IMG/VR virus record: IMGVR_UViG_3300036985_004624
DNA from: a virus
Reading direction: 5' to 3' (one strand)
Length of the DNA: 64,000 nucleotides
The notes under the pieces are model-generated. The model saw only the letters and a list, made by a program, of their open reading frames with translations. It searched no databases and was not told the DNA's origin. Within the stretch, counting starts at the first letter, position 1. Every line of letters starts with the position of its first letter. Positions 46,102-55,140 of this stretch are shown here, piece by piece. Made by a program: the position numbers and the translations under genes.

Positions 46102-46428
46102 TCAATCGGCTGGCCTATATAGATCCCATTTCTGAAAGAATGCTCGCTCTTTCGGATTAATTACAGGTCTTGTGCAAATTGCACTATAACCCATATCATT
46201 ATCGGGCTCGTGAAATATATAATATCCAATTCCGGCTCGACTAATCCTTGCAGCAATATCTAATAAATCGTCCTCATCTTTAGCAGATAATAAAATCAAA
46301 CTCGATGTATGTTTATGCTCCCATTGATTTAATAATTTACCTGCTTCATGACAAGCATGGCCGAGTTGCACAATCTTTTGAGCGGGTGAAATATCCTCCC
46401 GGATAAAAGTATAGATATACGAGTTCAC
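46102..46428 (-). CDS. peptidyl-tRNA hydrolase type 2-like protein
   Basis: FIREDIS.AQKIVQLGHA...ILLS..DEDDL...FHEPD...SAICT.P. Confidence 0.65.
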   Translation of the reverse strand: MNSYIYTFIREDISPAQKIVQLGHACHEAGKLLNQWEHKHTSSLILLSAKDEDDLLDIAARISRAGIGYYIFHEPDNDMGYSAICTRPVINPKERAFFQKWDLYRPAD

Positions 46429-46796
46429 TTGAATAACTCCCTTAATGTTGTAATAAGATCCGTAGTAAAAATAACACCATATTTTTTACCTAATGAATCA
46501 ATTCGTTCTTTTTCTTCTGCTGCGCGTCTTGCTTTGCGTTCAGGTGTATCTTGTGGCCACATTGCATTAGTGTCGCGTATTTGCCATTGTGCATCTTTTT
46601 TTGCTATGTCAAAAGAATTCCAAGGCGATATACCGTTTGCTAATTTATTTGCTGATTGAATTGGACTAAAACCGCGTTTAAGGTCGTGTCCGCGAAGAGC
46701 GTTGTAAAAAATGTGATCCGTAGCAGTACGGTTTATAATTTTGTTCCAAGCAACGATTGCACTTAGATACTCTTCTTTATTGATAATGAAATTCAT
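46425..46796 (-). CDS. hypothetical protein
   Basis: 123-aa ORF with AAGGA RBS. Confidence 0.6.
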   Translation of the reverse strand: MNFIINKEEYLSAIVAWNKIINRTATDHIFYNALRGHDLKRGFSPIQSANKLANGISPWNSFDIAKKDAQWQIRDTNAMWPQDTPERKARRAAEEKERIDSLGKKYGVIFTTDLITTLRELFK

Positions 46797-46926
46797 GATT
46801 ATTGTCCTTATAAAATGTAATCAAATTTGTTTTCTAACTTACTAACATTTGATTAGTTTTATGGCGGACCGTTGTTTAACACCTATTGCATATTATCTCC
46901 TTTTAAGTTGTGAATGTATTTATATA

Positions 46927-47179
46927 TTGAGTAGACCCTCCCGGCTCAAATCCGGATATGCTTAAACACTCTTATACTCGATTTTTATCTATCAAGTAGC
47001 CACTCATTTCCAAGCGTCCTCGTACTCAGTATGTAACACACCTCTATACTTGATAGATAAAAATACTGATGATACAAATAAATATAGATTGCCTTACCGG
47101 TAACGCTCTTGCCAGGCTCTCTGCTTTCGCAGCGCATTCTTTATGCTACTTTGGTATATATTTATTTGTGTGTCTCAGT
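46927..47179. repeat. three adjacent long inverted repeats enclosing 40-70 nt loops
   Basis: includes the perfect 18-bp ATTTTTATCTATCAAGTA/TACTTGATAGATAAAAAT (46981-47064). Confidence 0.7.
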
Positions 47180-47197
47180 GATTAGATTATAACGGCC

Positions 47198-47980
47198 CTA
47201 TCGAACTTTTGCAACCGATAATATTTCCGTAAGTGTGGGTGCATAACATCCTAAATGCTGTACTGTGATAGAACTTGCATCAATTGCAAACTGGATAGAT
47301 TTTTCCATATCTTCAGAACTTAGATATTGATAGACAAGTGCAGACAAGAATGTATCTCCGGCTCCACAGGCATCTATTACATCTAATTTAACAGCAGGAA
47401 ATATCTTATCGTCCCATTCTACACCATTGCCCCCGCAGGTCACTATTGTGGAGTGCATATCCGGTTTACTAATTAAAGAATTATATTCTAGTTGATTTAT
47501 TTTAATAATACAACCTGTTATTTTGGCTAAATTCTTCTTCTTCGTATCAACAAATATCGGACCACGAAAACGTTCTCTTAACTGTTGTATTAATTCGTAA
47601 CTAATGGCACCTTTTTCGTAATCGCTTATCACCACAGCATCATACGTGGATAGATCAAGAGTATCTAAAAATAAAGGGCAGGAAATATCATCGTTATCTA
47701 TACGAATAATATGCTGTCTACTTCGAGTATCTATTAAACGTGTCTTTGTACTTATATTACCATATAAGAAATAAACATTACACCCCAACGATTCTAAATT
47801 ATTACGAACATTCCCGGCCATCCCGGGCTTACGTTCTTCGTGTGTAAATTTAAATACAGGTACAGGTGCTTCGGGGCTAATTCGCTCAACTATGCCATAC
47901 TGGTATATGTCTGTGCAATTATCCCCTATCAATAATACTTTGAATTTTGTTTGTCGTTGAGTACTTTTCGAGCCGGTCAT
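47198..47980 (-). CDS. PfkB-family sugar kinase, HldA/RfaE domain I-like (heptose-7-phosphate kinase)
   Basis: RISPEAPVPV, ISDYEKG and DACGAGDTF motifs. Confidence 0.85.
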   Translation of the reverse strand: MTGSKSTQRQTKFKVLLIGDNCTDIYQYGIVERISPEAPVPVFKFTHEERKPGMAGNVRNNLESLGCNVYFLYGNISTKTRLIDTRSRQHIIRIDNDDISCPLFLDTLDLSTYDAVVISDYEKGAISYELIQQLRERFRGPIFVDTKKKNLAKITGCIIKINQLEYNSLISKPDMHSTIVTCGGNGVEWDDKIFPAVKLDVIDACGAGDTFLSALVYQYLSSEDMEKSIQFAIDASSITVQHLGCYAPTLTEILSVAKVR

Positions 47981-48323
47981 AGAATTTTATATGTTTACAG
48001 TATTTAGCACCAATAATCGGCTGGTCGCGATAATCGCTACCTTTAATCATAATATCTGGCGCAAACTTACGTATCAGTTCTTCTAATTCTTCATCAGAGT
48101 CAAACACATCAACTCTGTCTACACATTTAAGTGCGAATAATAATGTGCATCGTTCGTATTCATTATTTACGGGACGGGTTGGGCCTTTTAGTTCACGAAC
48201 GCGACGATCACTGTCTATCAATACCGATATATAGGAATCTGGCTGAGATCTTGCAAATTCTAATAAACGTATATGTCCTAAATGAAGAACGTCAAATGTA
48301 CCATTTACGATTATTCTAGACAT
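47919..48323 (-). CDS. cytidylyltransferase-family nucleotidyltransferase, HldC/RfaE domain II-like
   Basis: NGTFDVLHLGH, LKGPTRP, KGSDY and STT motifs. Confidence 0.85.
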   Translation of the reverse strand: MSRIIVNGTFDVLHLGHIRLLEFARSQPDSYISVLIDSDRRVRELKGPTRPVNNEYERCTLLFALKCVDRVDVFDSDEELEELIRKFAPDIMIKGSDYRDQPIIGAKYCKHIKFYDRLEKYSTTNKIQSIIDRG

Positions 48324-48436
48324 ATTATCTTATACCGACTGTTGCCCTTACCTATGCGGTAATTATCTTCTATACTATCAGGTGTACTAACTTCAATCCA
48401 CCAACCTTTCGAAACCGGCCCGTTTAATCTCGTCAT
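48311..48436 (-). pseudogene. internally deleted cupin-like sugar isomerase remnant (41 aa)
   Basis: MTRLNGPVSKGW joined directly to IEVSTPDSIEDNYR; both ends resemble a phage cupin family but the cupin core is absent. Confidence 0.5.
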
Positions 48437-48437
48437 T

Positions 48438-49340
48438 TTATAGAATCTCCAGTCCTGTTCCACACTCACTGCAGAATTTTGCATTTGCTTTATTTACCTT
48501 ACCGCAGGTACCACATCTCTGTTTATTCTTTACTAAAATTGGTGCAGCAACTTCTACAGTCCCAATCATACCTACCATTCTAAGAATGATAACGTGTGAG
48601 TTAAGTTCTGATTTAAAGCCGAATACAGGTGTAAACTTTTGATCTACCTTAGAGCCTGGCACAGTAATGCCTATATCACTGACAGGGATTGCACGATTAT
48701 CGGCACATACTGAGCCCATATGTGGATCAACAGTAGCAGAATCATATGTTTCCGATACTTGATTTACCACACCCCTTAATGACGATGCACACGATGCATT
48801 CATAAATTGTGAATCACCTAATGACCCACTTGCACCACTAATACCGGTGCTCACACAACCATATCTCCCAATTATTGGTGGCCACGTATATGGCTGATGA
48901 TAGTAATCACGGTAGTGATGCTTATCCCAATAAATATCATTTATCTTTATTTCCGCTTGTTCTTGCTCAAACCAAAATTCAACACGAACGACACCATCGT
49001 CAACGTTGATACCACGCGGTCCGTCTTCTACAGATTTTGTTCTTTCTATGAATTTAAAGGCATTACCTTCATTCATATTTCCATTGCGAATGAATCGTTT
49101 TACTTCAACTTCAGAATTCCCTCTTACAATAATCTCTTCTCCATCGAGTACATCCGTACCATCTATGTGCAATATAAATTTTGCTCGTCTCGAATTCAGA
49201 TTTTTAACTAATACACTAAATTCACTACCATAAGGTAAGTGTACTAAGTCTTTGTTTTCACGGAGGATTTTGCCGTTATGTTTTATTGCCACGGCGAAGC
49301 GATCTTGATACATGTTCATGTTTTCCTTTATACATCGCAC
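48438..49340 (-). CDS. hypothetical protein with C-terminal zinc ribbon
   Basis: CGTCG..N..NAKFCSECG. Confidence 0.65.
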   Translation of the reverse strand: MRCIKENMNMYQDRFAVAIKHNGKILRENKDLVHLPYGSEFSVLVKNLNSRRAKFILHIDGTDVLDGEEIIVRGNSEVEVKRFIRNGNMNEGNAFKFIERTKSVEDGPRGINVDDGVVRVEFWFEQEQAEIKINDIYWDKHHYRDYYHQPYTWPPIIGRYGCVSTGISGASGSLGDSQFMNASCASSLRGVVNQVSETYDSATVDPHMGSVCADNRAIPVSDIGITVPGSKVDQKFTPVFGFKSELNSHVIILRMVGMIGTVEVAAPILVKNKQRCGTCGKVNKANAKFCSECGTGLEIL

Positions 49341-49421
49341 AGACTAAGCGATCGATTGTTAAAGTCTGTTAGGTGCTACACTGTGTAGCAAATTTATTTA
49401 TCTTATGCAGATATTTTAGTC

Positions 49422-49448
49422 AAAGAAAAAGGCCTTGCGGCCTTCTTC
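49422..49448 (-). terminator. intrinsic terminator after porin gene
   Basis: AAGGCC-GCAA-GGCCTT followed by a U-tract. Confidence 0.7.
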
Positions 49449-49461
49449 TGATTAGTTTTGT

Positions 49462-50349
49462 TTAGAAACTATGTGATAGTCCAAGACCCAACTGGCGTGT
49501 ATCAACTGTATCATTAACATTGCGTAAAGCAACATTTACAGAAGTACGCTTAGACAAGTCATATTCGGCACCAACTGCATATGCAGTCACTCTAGTTGCG
49601 ATGTCACCAGTCTTCACACCATATGAGCCTTTAAGGATCAATGGCAGACCTGATACTGGAAGAGCAAGACCGACTAAAGTACCGCGTGTTGTACCGGCCA
49701 CATCAGCATCCAAACTGGTGCTAGCGAACAACTTGTTACCAGCGTATGCGCCTTGCACCGCAAGAACAGTGCTCTTAGCATCACCTTGTTCAAAACGAGC
49801 AACAGTAGCAGAGACTGGACCAAGCTTACCTGTTCCGCTGTAGCTAGTAGCTTCAACACCACCTGTTACGGTGCGATCAAATGCGATAGAGGCAGGACCT
49901 AAATTGTAGTTAAGGAACACTGCGTTGCCGCTACGAACTGTGCGAACATTGTGAATGTCGCCGGCGATTGAGCCGTAGTCAGTATCGAATACGTCATTGC
50001 TGGTGATTGCCAGGAAGTGACTGTTCAACTTACGACCTAAATCGACCGAACCGTTCTTTGATGCCAGACCGATTGTGCTTTGGCGATTACCAATCTTGGT
50101 ATCAGCATTGGCAGCAGGATCATTGCCGGAGAAGCCAGTTTCAACAACTACGCGGGCGGATAGTCCGTTGCCAAGTGATTCGTTTGCTTTGAATCCGATG
50201 CGACTTGTATCGTCCACCATGCTTGTAACAGTAGTATTACCTACCTTAGTGTTGTCAACATATTCACGAACTAATCCGTAAACGGCAACTTGAGCCGATG
50301 CTGAGAGTGATGCGGCGACAAGAATTGTCGCTAATACTAATTTTTTCAT
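49462..50349 (-). CDS. Gram-negative trimeric porin (betaproteobacterial/Neisseria-type)
   Basis: signal peptide, SRIGFK..ESLGNGLSA, RQS.IGL, YDLSKRT and C-terminal GLSHSF. Confidence 0.88.
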   Translation of the reverse strand: MKKLVLATILVAASLSASAQVAVYGLVREYVDNTKVGNTTVTSMVDDTSRIGFKANESLGNGLSARVVVETGFSGNDPAANADTKIGNRQSTIGLASKNGSVDLGRKLNSHFLAITSNDVFDTDYGSIAGDIHNVRTVRSGNAVFLNYNLGPASIAFDRTVTGGVEATSYSGTGKLGPVSATVARFEQGDAKSTVLAVQGAYAGNKLFASTSLDADVAGTTRGTLVGLALPVSGLPLILKGSYGVKTGDIATRVTAYAVGAEYDLSKRTSVNVALRNVNDTVDTRQLGLGLSHSF

Positions 50350-50444
50350 TATATTTCCTTTTGTTTGTTCGCCTTTTAAAGTGCGAATCTATATTTATCT
50401 CAATCTTAATTGTATTATAGTATTTTAGAATTGTCAACTTATCA

Positions 50445-51437
50445 TTATAGACTTAATTTCTTCCAATCTGCTCTAATTTTATCTTTAACTGACTTGGGAA
50501 GCGCAACATAATCTAATTCATCTGCTGCTTTATCGCCACTTGTAAATGCCCAATCAAAGAACTTCGTTGCTACTTTGACTTGTTCAATGTTGTCAGGCTT
50601 TTGATAGATAAGAATAAATGTTGCGCCGCTGATTGGCCACGCTGCCTTGCCATTTTGGTTAGTAAGAATCTGGTAGTATGTCTTGTTCCAATCGGCGCCT
50701 GCGGCTGCTGCTTTGAACGCATCTTCTTCTGGAGCAACCCAAGTGCCTGCGGCATTTTGGACTTGAACATAAGTCATCTTGTTTTGATTCACATACGCAT
50801 ATTCGACATACCCAATTGATCCCGGAAGCTGCTTAACCATTGCTGCTACGCCCTCATTACCTTTGCCACCGGCCCCAACTTTCCAATTGACTGCGGTCCC
50901 TTCGCCCACCGTGTCTTTAAATTCTTTACTCACTTTACTTAGATAGTTAGTCCAGATAAATGTTGTACCTGATCCATCTGCTCTACGCACTGCCATAATA
51001 TCAACTGACGGTAGAGCAAGGGTCGGATTCAATGTTTTGATTGCCGTATCATCCCATTTCTTAATCTTACCAAGGTAAATGTCAGCAAGAACGGTACCAG
51101 TTAGTTTCATATCGCCAGGATTGATACCTTTAAGATTAACTACAGGAACAACTCCACCAATAACTGTTGGGAATTGGAATAGACCCATTACAGCTAACTT
51201 GTCATCTGTAAGTGGCATATCACTTGCACCGAATACAACAGTCTTGCCTTCGATCTGTTTAATGCCGGCCCCTGAACCAACACTTTGATAGTTGACCTTA
51301 ATGCCCGTTTCTTTGTTGTAGGCTGCTGCCCATTTCGAATACAAAGGAGCAGGGAATGTTGCTCCGGCTCCAGTAATGTCTTGTGCTGTTGCAGTTATTG
51401 CGACAGCGGCTAATAGAATTGCTAATAGTTTCTTCAA
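50445..51437 (-). CDS. pstS: phosphate ABC transporter substrate-binding protein
   Basis: GAGATFPAPLY, YQSVGSGAG, FGASD, RRADGSGTT and GKGNEGV motifs. Confidence 0.95.
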   Translation of the reverse strand: MKKLLAILLAAVAITATAQDITGAGATFPAPLYSKWAAAYNKETGIKVNYQSVGSGAGIKQIEGKTVVFGASDMPLTDDKLAVMGLFQFPTVIGGVVPVVNLKGINPGDMKLTGTVLADIYLGKIKKWDDTAIKTLNPTLALPSVDIMAVRRADGSGTTFIWTNYLSKVSKEFKDTVGEGTAVNWKVGAGGKGNEGVAAMVKQLPGSIGYVEYAYVNQNKMTYVQVQNAAGTWVAPEEDAFKAAAAGADWNKTYYQILTNQNGKAAWPISGATFILIYQKPDNIEQVKVATKFFDWAFTSGDKAADELDYVALPKSVKDKIRADWKKLSL

Positions 51438-51478
51438 TTGTAACCCCTTTTAAGTAAGCTAATATTTAGCAGACTTTT

Positions 51479-51507
51479 GTTAAATATTTGTTACGGTTTT
51501 GTTACAG
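51479..51507 (-). promoter_or_regulatory. putative Pho box upstream of pstS
   Basis: CTGTAAC-AAAA-CCGTAAC-AAAT-ATTTAAC, 11-nt periodic direct repeats resembling CTGTCAT(N4). Confidence 0.65.
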
Positions 51508-51540
51508 TGATATTATATTATAAAAGTATAAGAAAATTAA

Positions 51541-52689
51541 TTATAAATCTCTGTCTATTAACTCAATCAATTTCGGTATAACTGTAATCGGATCTATACC
51601 AGATCTTATACCATTCGTTATATATCCGTCTTGTATTATTTTTAAATAATTTTCACATGGAAGATTATCGAAACTATTTATAAATTGATTAATTTCTACT
51701 GCATATTTGTTTATGTAGGAATTATTATAAATAGGTTCTACATTGACTAATTGTCTACTATATACACCCAATGTACTTATTGCCATTGTTGCAGGGCCAG
51801 AAACGTGATTTATTCCAAACCTGAACCATGTATATTGTCCAAAACTATCTAACCAATACAGAAATTCACGAAGACCTTCAAGACAATATAAGTTTAATGT
51901 AGGAATAACAGTAACAGTTAAATTTTTATGTGTTAAGGAAAGATTATATAATTGTTTAAAATTATTATCAAATTTATCCCATTTTAAACCTGTTCGAATA
52001 AATTCTGCCTGCGACCCTACGGATTCTATGCTAATCCTAAATATAAATTTGATATTTTTATTTTCTTCTACATATTTACGTATGCGGACAAAATGAGAAT
52101 CGTTAAACATTGCATTCGAATACAGAATTATACTAAGCGGTTTAGTCCTTAGCGCAACTATCTTATCCAAAATAGTATAAAAAGAGGGCATGATTGTTAC
52201 TTCACCGCCGATTAATTCTATATTAGACAGTTCATCACTAACAATGACGCGCTCTATCCACTTCATTGCTGGTGTTTCAAAGTCTGTACATGAGTGACTT
52301 ATGATAGGTATGTTTTTTTCTACTGCCCAAGTCGTGCTATCTTTTTCAGAACAATATACGCAAGCAAGATTGCATAAATTTCCTAAGTTTATAGATAACA
52401 TCTTTGGAAAGGCAACATATAAATCAAAATTATTAGTTTGAAGTACAGGTATCTGTTTACTAAATTGTCTTTTACTGAGTTGGTTCTTATCTTCGAGTAC
52501 CCAGCAACTATCACAATCGGTTGGACGAGAGCCTTGTAGGAACTCTGTTCTTCTATCTATTAGGAATTTATTATTAAAGAAATCAGTTTGGTCATCCACC
52601 CACGGTGTTCTACCACAACTTCTAATTTTACCATTTGCAATATTTATTTCTAGCCATGTCCACGGCATATGACAGCTTATTTCTTTCAT
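51541..52689 (-). CDS. radical SAM protein with N-terminal twitch/SPASM-like motifs
   Basis: CHMPW...SC...CDSCW, CNLACVYC, IGGE. Confidence 0.85.
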   Translation of the reverse strand: MKEISCHMPWTWLEINIANGKIRSCGRTPWVDDQTDFFNNKFLIDRRTEFLQGSRPTDCDSCWVLEDKNQLSKRQFSKQIPVLQTNNFDLYVAFPKMLSINLGNLCNLACVYCSEKDSTTWAVEKNIPIISHSCTDFETPAMKWIERVIVSDELSNIELIGGEVTIMPSFYTILDKIVALRTKPLSIILYSNAMFNDSHFVRIRKYVEENKNIKFIFRISIESVGSQAEFIRTGLKWDKFDNNFKQLYNLSLTHKNLTVTVIPTLNLYCLEGLREFLYWLDSFGQYTWFRFGINHVSGPATMAISTLGVYSRQLVNVEPIYNNSYINKYAVEINQFINSFDNLPCENYLKIIQDGYITNGIRSGIDPITVIPKLIELIDRDL

Positions 52690-52731
52690 CTATTACCTAT
52701 ATATTTAATATTTATCGCAATATAGTCCATT

Positions 52732-52754
52732 AAAATAGGGACCGAAGTCCCTAT
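52732..52754 (-). terminator. intrinsic terminator after tmRNA (CUUCGG tetraloop)
   Basis: ATAGGGAC-TTCG-GTCCCTAT-TTT. Confidence 0.8.
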
Positions 52755-52759
52755 GTGAT

Positions 52760-53125
52760 TGGTTTGGTTACAAGGTCGTTCTACCTCGGAGTTGGTGTTT
52801 CTTAGGCAACCATTTCCATAGCCATATCGCTATCAGCGAAAGCCGACAGGTCAAGAGCTACAAAAGACTCAGTTGTATATGCGTTTGCATTTACAGATTT
52901 GCTTGATTAACGGTCATCGCCTACCGTGTTGCCGTCTCTACTATCTCACGCAATCGATTACCGGAGCAGGCCCATCATAAAGAAATTACAGACTATATTC
53001 GTCCGGAATAAACGGGACATATTCTTCTGGTAGTTCTAATATATTCATAAATTTCCTTATGGTGGACCTGGCGAGATTCGAACTCGCGTCTTGCTTGCCT
53101 TCATTTCAAAGGGATTACAACAATT
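52760..53125 (-). ncRNA. ssrA: permuted (two-piece) tmRNA; tag ANAYTTESFVALDLSAFADSDMAMEMVA; outer ends approximate
   Basis: acceptor piece ...GACGCGAGTTCGAATCTCGC-CAGGTCC-A-CCA (ends 53060) precedes the coding piece starting GGGCCTG (52973); G3-U70; tag ORF 52802-52888 after TAAAT. Confidence 0.88.
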
Positions 53126-54211
53126 CTATCCTACAAAATTATGAAACAACGGAATAAACACATTTCGCTGATTCTTTTCCTTAAATGCATATGTTTTTGT
53201 CATCGCAATAATACACCCATTCCTATCATTATTACTTACCTTAACTATACGATCAAACCCCACCGATGTATCAATATTAATATTACTAAGAATATTCGAT
53301 ATTAAGAATCCACTTCCTACAGGAATATACATATCTTGATCACATAATAATATCCACTCGTTTGAGGCTATCTTACTACCTTCTAAAAGTGCTTCCTCTG
53401 CATTTGTTGTATTATATACAGGAATAATCTCTGCGTCAACCTCTGATAATCCCGGAGATCTTCCTACATTAATTTCAAATACAGTAGGATCATTTACTGG
53501 AACAATTACACTAAATGTAATAGGGCGATTAGTTATAGGCTTAGGTATCTTTGTGCCCGTGACACATATCTGATAACTATATAAATTTCTTTCTGCTACA
53601 GCTCGGGATATTCCGCGAAATTCTGCTGCATCTATCAATAGATTAGCAAACTTTATATCTTTTTCTCCTCCATTACCCACTCCCACATAGCGTGTAGTTT
53701 CTATTGTAGGAAACCATCCCGAATCTAAAAATAATTTAATTGTTGAAGCAATTGACATAAATCTTAAATGTGTAGAATCGAGCAGACCGTATTCGTCATA
53801 CGATAAATCGCCTAGTAACATACGTTCTATAACACCTATATTTGTCATGATAGGCATACAACACGATATCCGAGCAGCAGGACTGCTAACTTCATATACA
53901 AATTTCATAGCATCTATTGGATTTGTTAAATGTTCGAGCACATCACCCATCACAACTGCATCATAATTACTGCCAGGTAAATCGGATTCTTTAGGATTAT
54001 TAAGATCCATAAGAACTACTTCGTCCATGCGCTTTATTGCTTGAGAAAGTGACTGTGAACTTACATCGACACCTGTCCATTTTGCAACAGGATGTAAACT
54101 CTTAAATACTTCGGCTAATCGACCGCCTGAACACCCTAACTCTAATACATTAATTGCTTCTGAAGAAACTAATCTCAGTAATTCATTGTTTATATTGTCA
54201 TATTGTTTCAA
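53126..54211 (-). CDS. class I SAM methyltransferase fused to a glycosyltransferase-like C-terminus
   Basis: VLELGCSGG, GDVLEH, GLLDSTHLRF; C-terminal FSVIVPV...LLCDQD. Confidence 0.75.
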   Translation of the reverse strand: MKQYDNINNELLRLVSSEAINVLELGCSGGRLAEVFKSLHPVAKWTGVDVSSQSLSQAIKRMDEVVLMDLNNPKESDLPGSNYDAVVMGDVLEHLTNPIDAMKFVYEVSSPAARISCCMPIMTNIGVIERMLLGDLSYDEYGLLDSTHLRFMSIASTIKLFLDSGWFPTIETTRYVGVGNGGEKDIKFANLLIDAAEFRGISRAVAERNLYSYQICVTGTKIPKPITNRPITFSVIVPVNDPTVFEINVGRSPGLSEVDAEIIPVYNTTNAEEALLEGSKIASNEWILLCDQDMYIPVGSGFLISNILSNINIDTSVGFDRIVKVSNNDRNGCIIAMTKTYAFKEKNQRNVFIPLFHNFVG

Positions 54212-54222
54212 TGTTATTCAAC

Positions 54223-54414
54223 CTATTTAGTACCGATATGCCCGGTTCCCCACATAATTGCTATTACGGGCAATGCCACATGTTCAAATATTTCATATAA
54301 TGCCCATAGCGTGAGCCCTAATGCAAACCAATTGCTTGTCGTTGCTTTTCTACTTAGCCAACCAAAGAATTGTCCGTGCCATTTACCTATATTTCTTGCA
54401 AATTTTACTATCAT
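54223..54414 (-). CDS. small membrane protein
   Basis: 63-aa hydrophobic ORF next to the spanins, GGAG RBS. Confidence 0.55.
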   Translation of the reverse strand: MIVKFARNIGKWHGQFFGWLSRKATTSNWFALGLTLWALYEIFEHVALPVIAIMWGTGHIGTK

Positions 54415-54476
54415 CTAAGATCTCCTATTGCATACTTACCTGTCGAATAATATAGAGATCAATGTTATTCGATATA

Positions 54477-54746
54477 TTATTTTACACAAGAATTCAATGC
54501 AGTCAATAATTCGCCTTCATATCCCATATGTAATTTTCTATCTGCCAACAATGCTTTTGTCTTATCAAATACCGTCTGTTCTGCTTTTAATTTATCAAAA
54601 TTAAAATCTGGTTTCACAGGAACTACTGCTTTACATGGTACGGCAATCGGAACTTCTACACGTTGTATAACAGTATTAATAACTGGCTCGGTAGTAGCAC
54701 ATCCAGAGAGTAAAATAATAGAAAGTATTAGAATATTATTCTGCAT
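54477..54746 (-). CDS. o-spanin (Rz1-like lipoprotein)
   Basis: lipobox LSGC, Pro-rich VEVPIAVPC; overlaps the i-spanin end. Confidence 0.75.
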   Translation of the reverse strand: MQNNILILSIILLSGCATTEPVINTVIQRVEVPIAVPCKAVVPVKPDFNFDKLKAEQTVFDKTKALLADRKLHMGYEGELLTALNSCVK

Positions 54747-55140
54747 TTTGAAGTTCCTTATTAATTAGGTTGTTCGATGCTTCACAATTAGATTCGGTAG
54801 GAGGCACTTTAGAATCCATTAATTCTTGCGCTTGTTTCTTATAAGAAATTGCTATGGCGCGTGCTTTATTAATTTCAATTTGATGGGCGGCTAATCGTGC
54901 ATCGATCTCTGCTTTCATTTTATCTATTGCTGCATTTTGATCTAATATAGCTTGTTGCAAGCCTTTTACTGAGGCTTGAGATACTTGTAATTCTGCAACA
55001 ACGACATTCTTTTCAGCTATTGCTGCCGAAAGATCGGACTTTAATATCTTTATATAAATGCCAGCACCTAAAATAGCTGCCGCTAATATGCCTACTAATA
55101 CTAAATTCTTATTCTTTAATAAAAATGCAATCATGCCCAT
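54736..55140 (-). CDS. i-spanin (Rz-like)
   Basis: N-terminal TM, coiled coil, C-terminal Cys. Confidence 0.72.
   Translation of the reverse strand: MGMIAFLLKNKNLVLVGILAAAILGAGIYIKILKSDLSAAIAEKNVVVAELQVSQASVKGLQQAILDQNAAIDKMKAEIDARLAAHQIEINKARAIAISYKKQAQELMDSKVPPTESNCEASNNLINKELQNAE

Noticed and set aside
47060-47110. Hammerhead ribozyme (CTGATGA on the plus strand)
   Set aside because: No stem II followed by GAAA and no correctly placed cleavage triplet.
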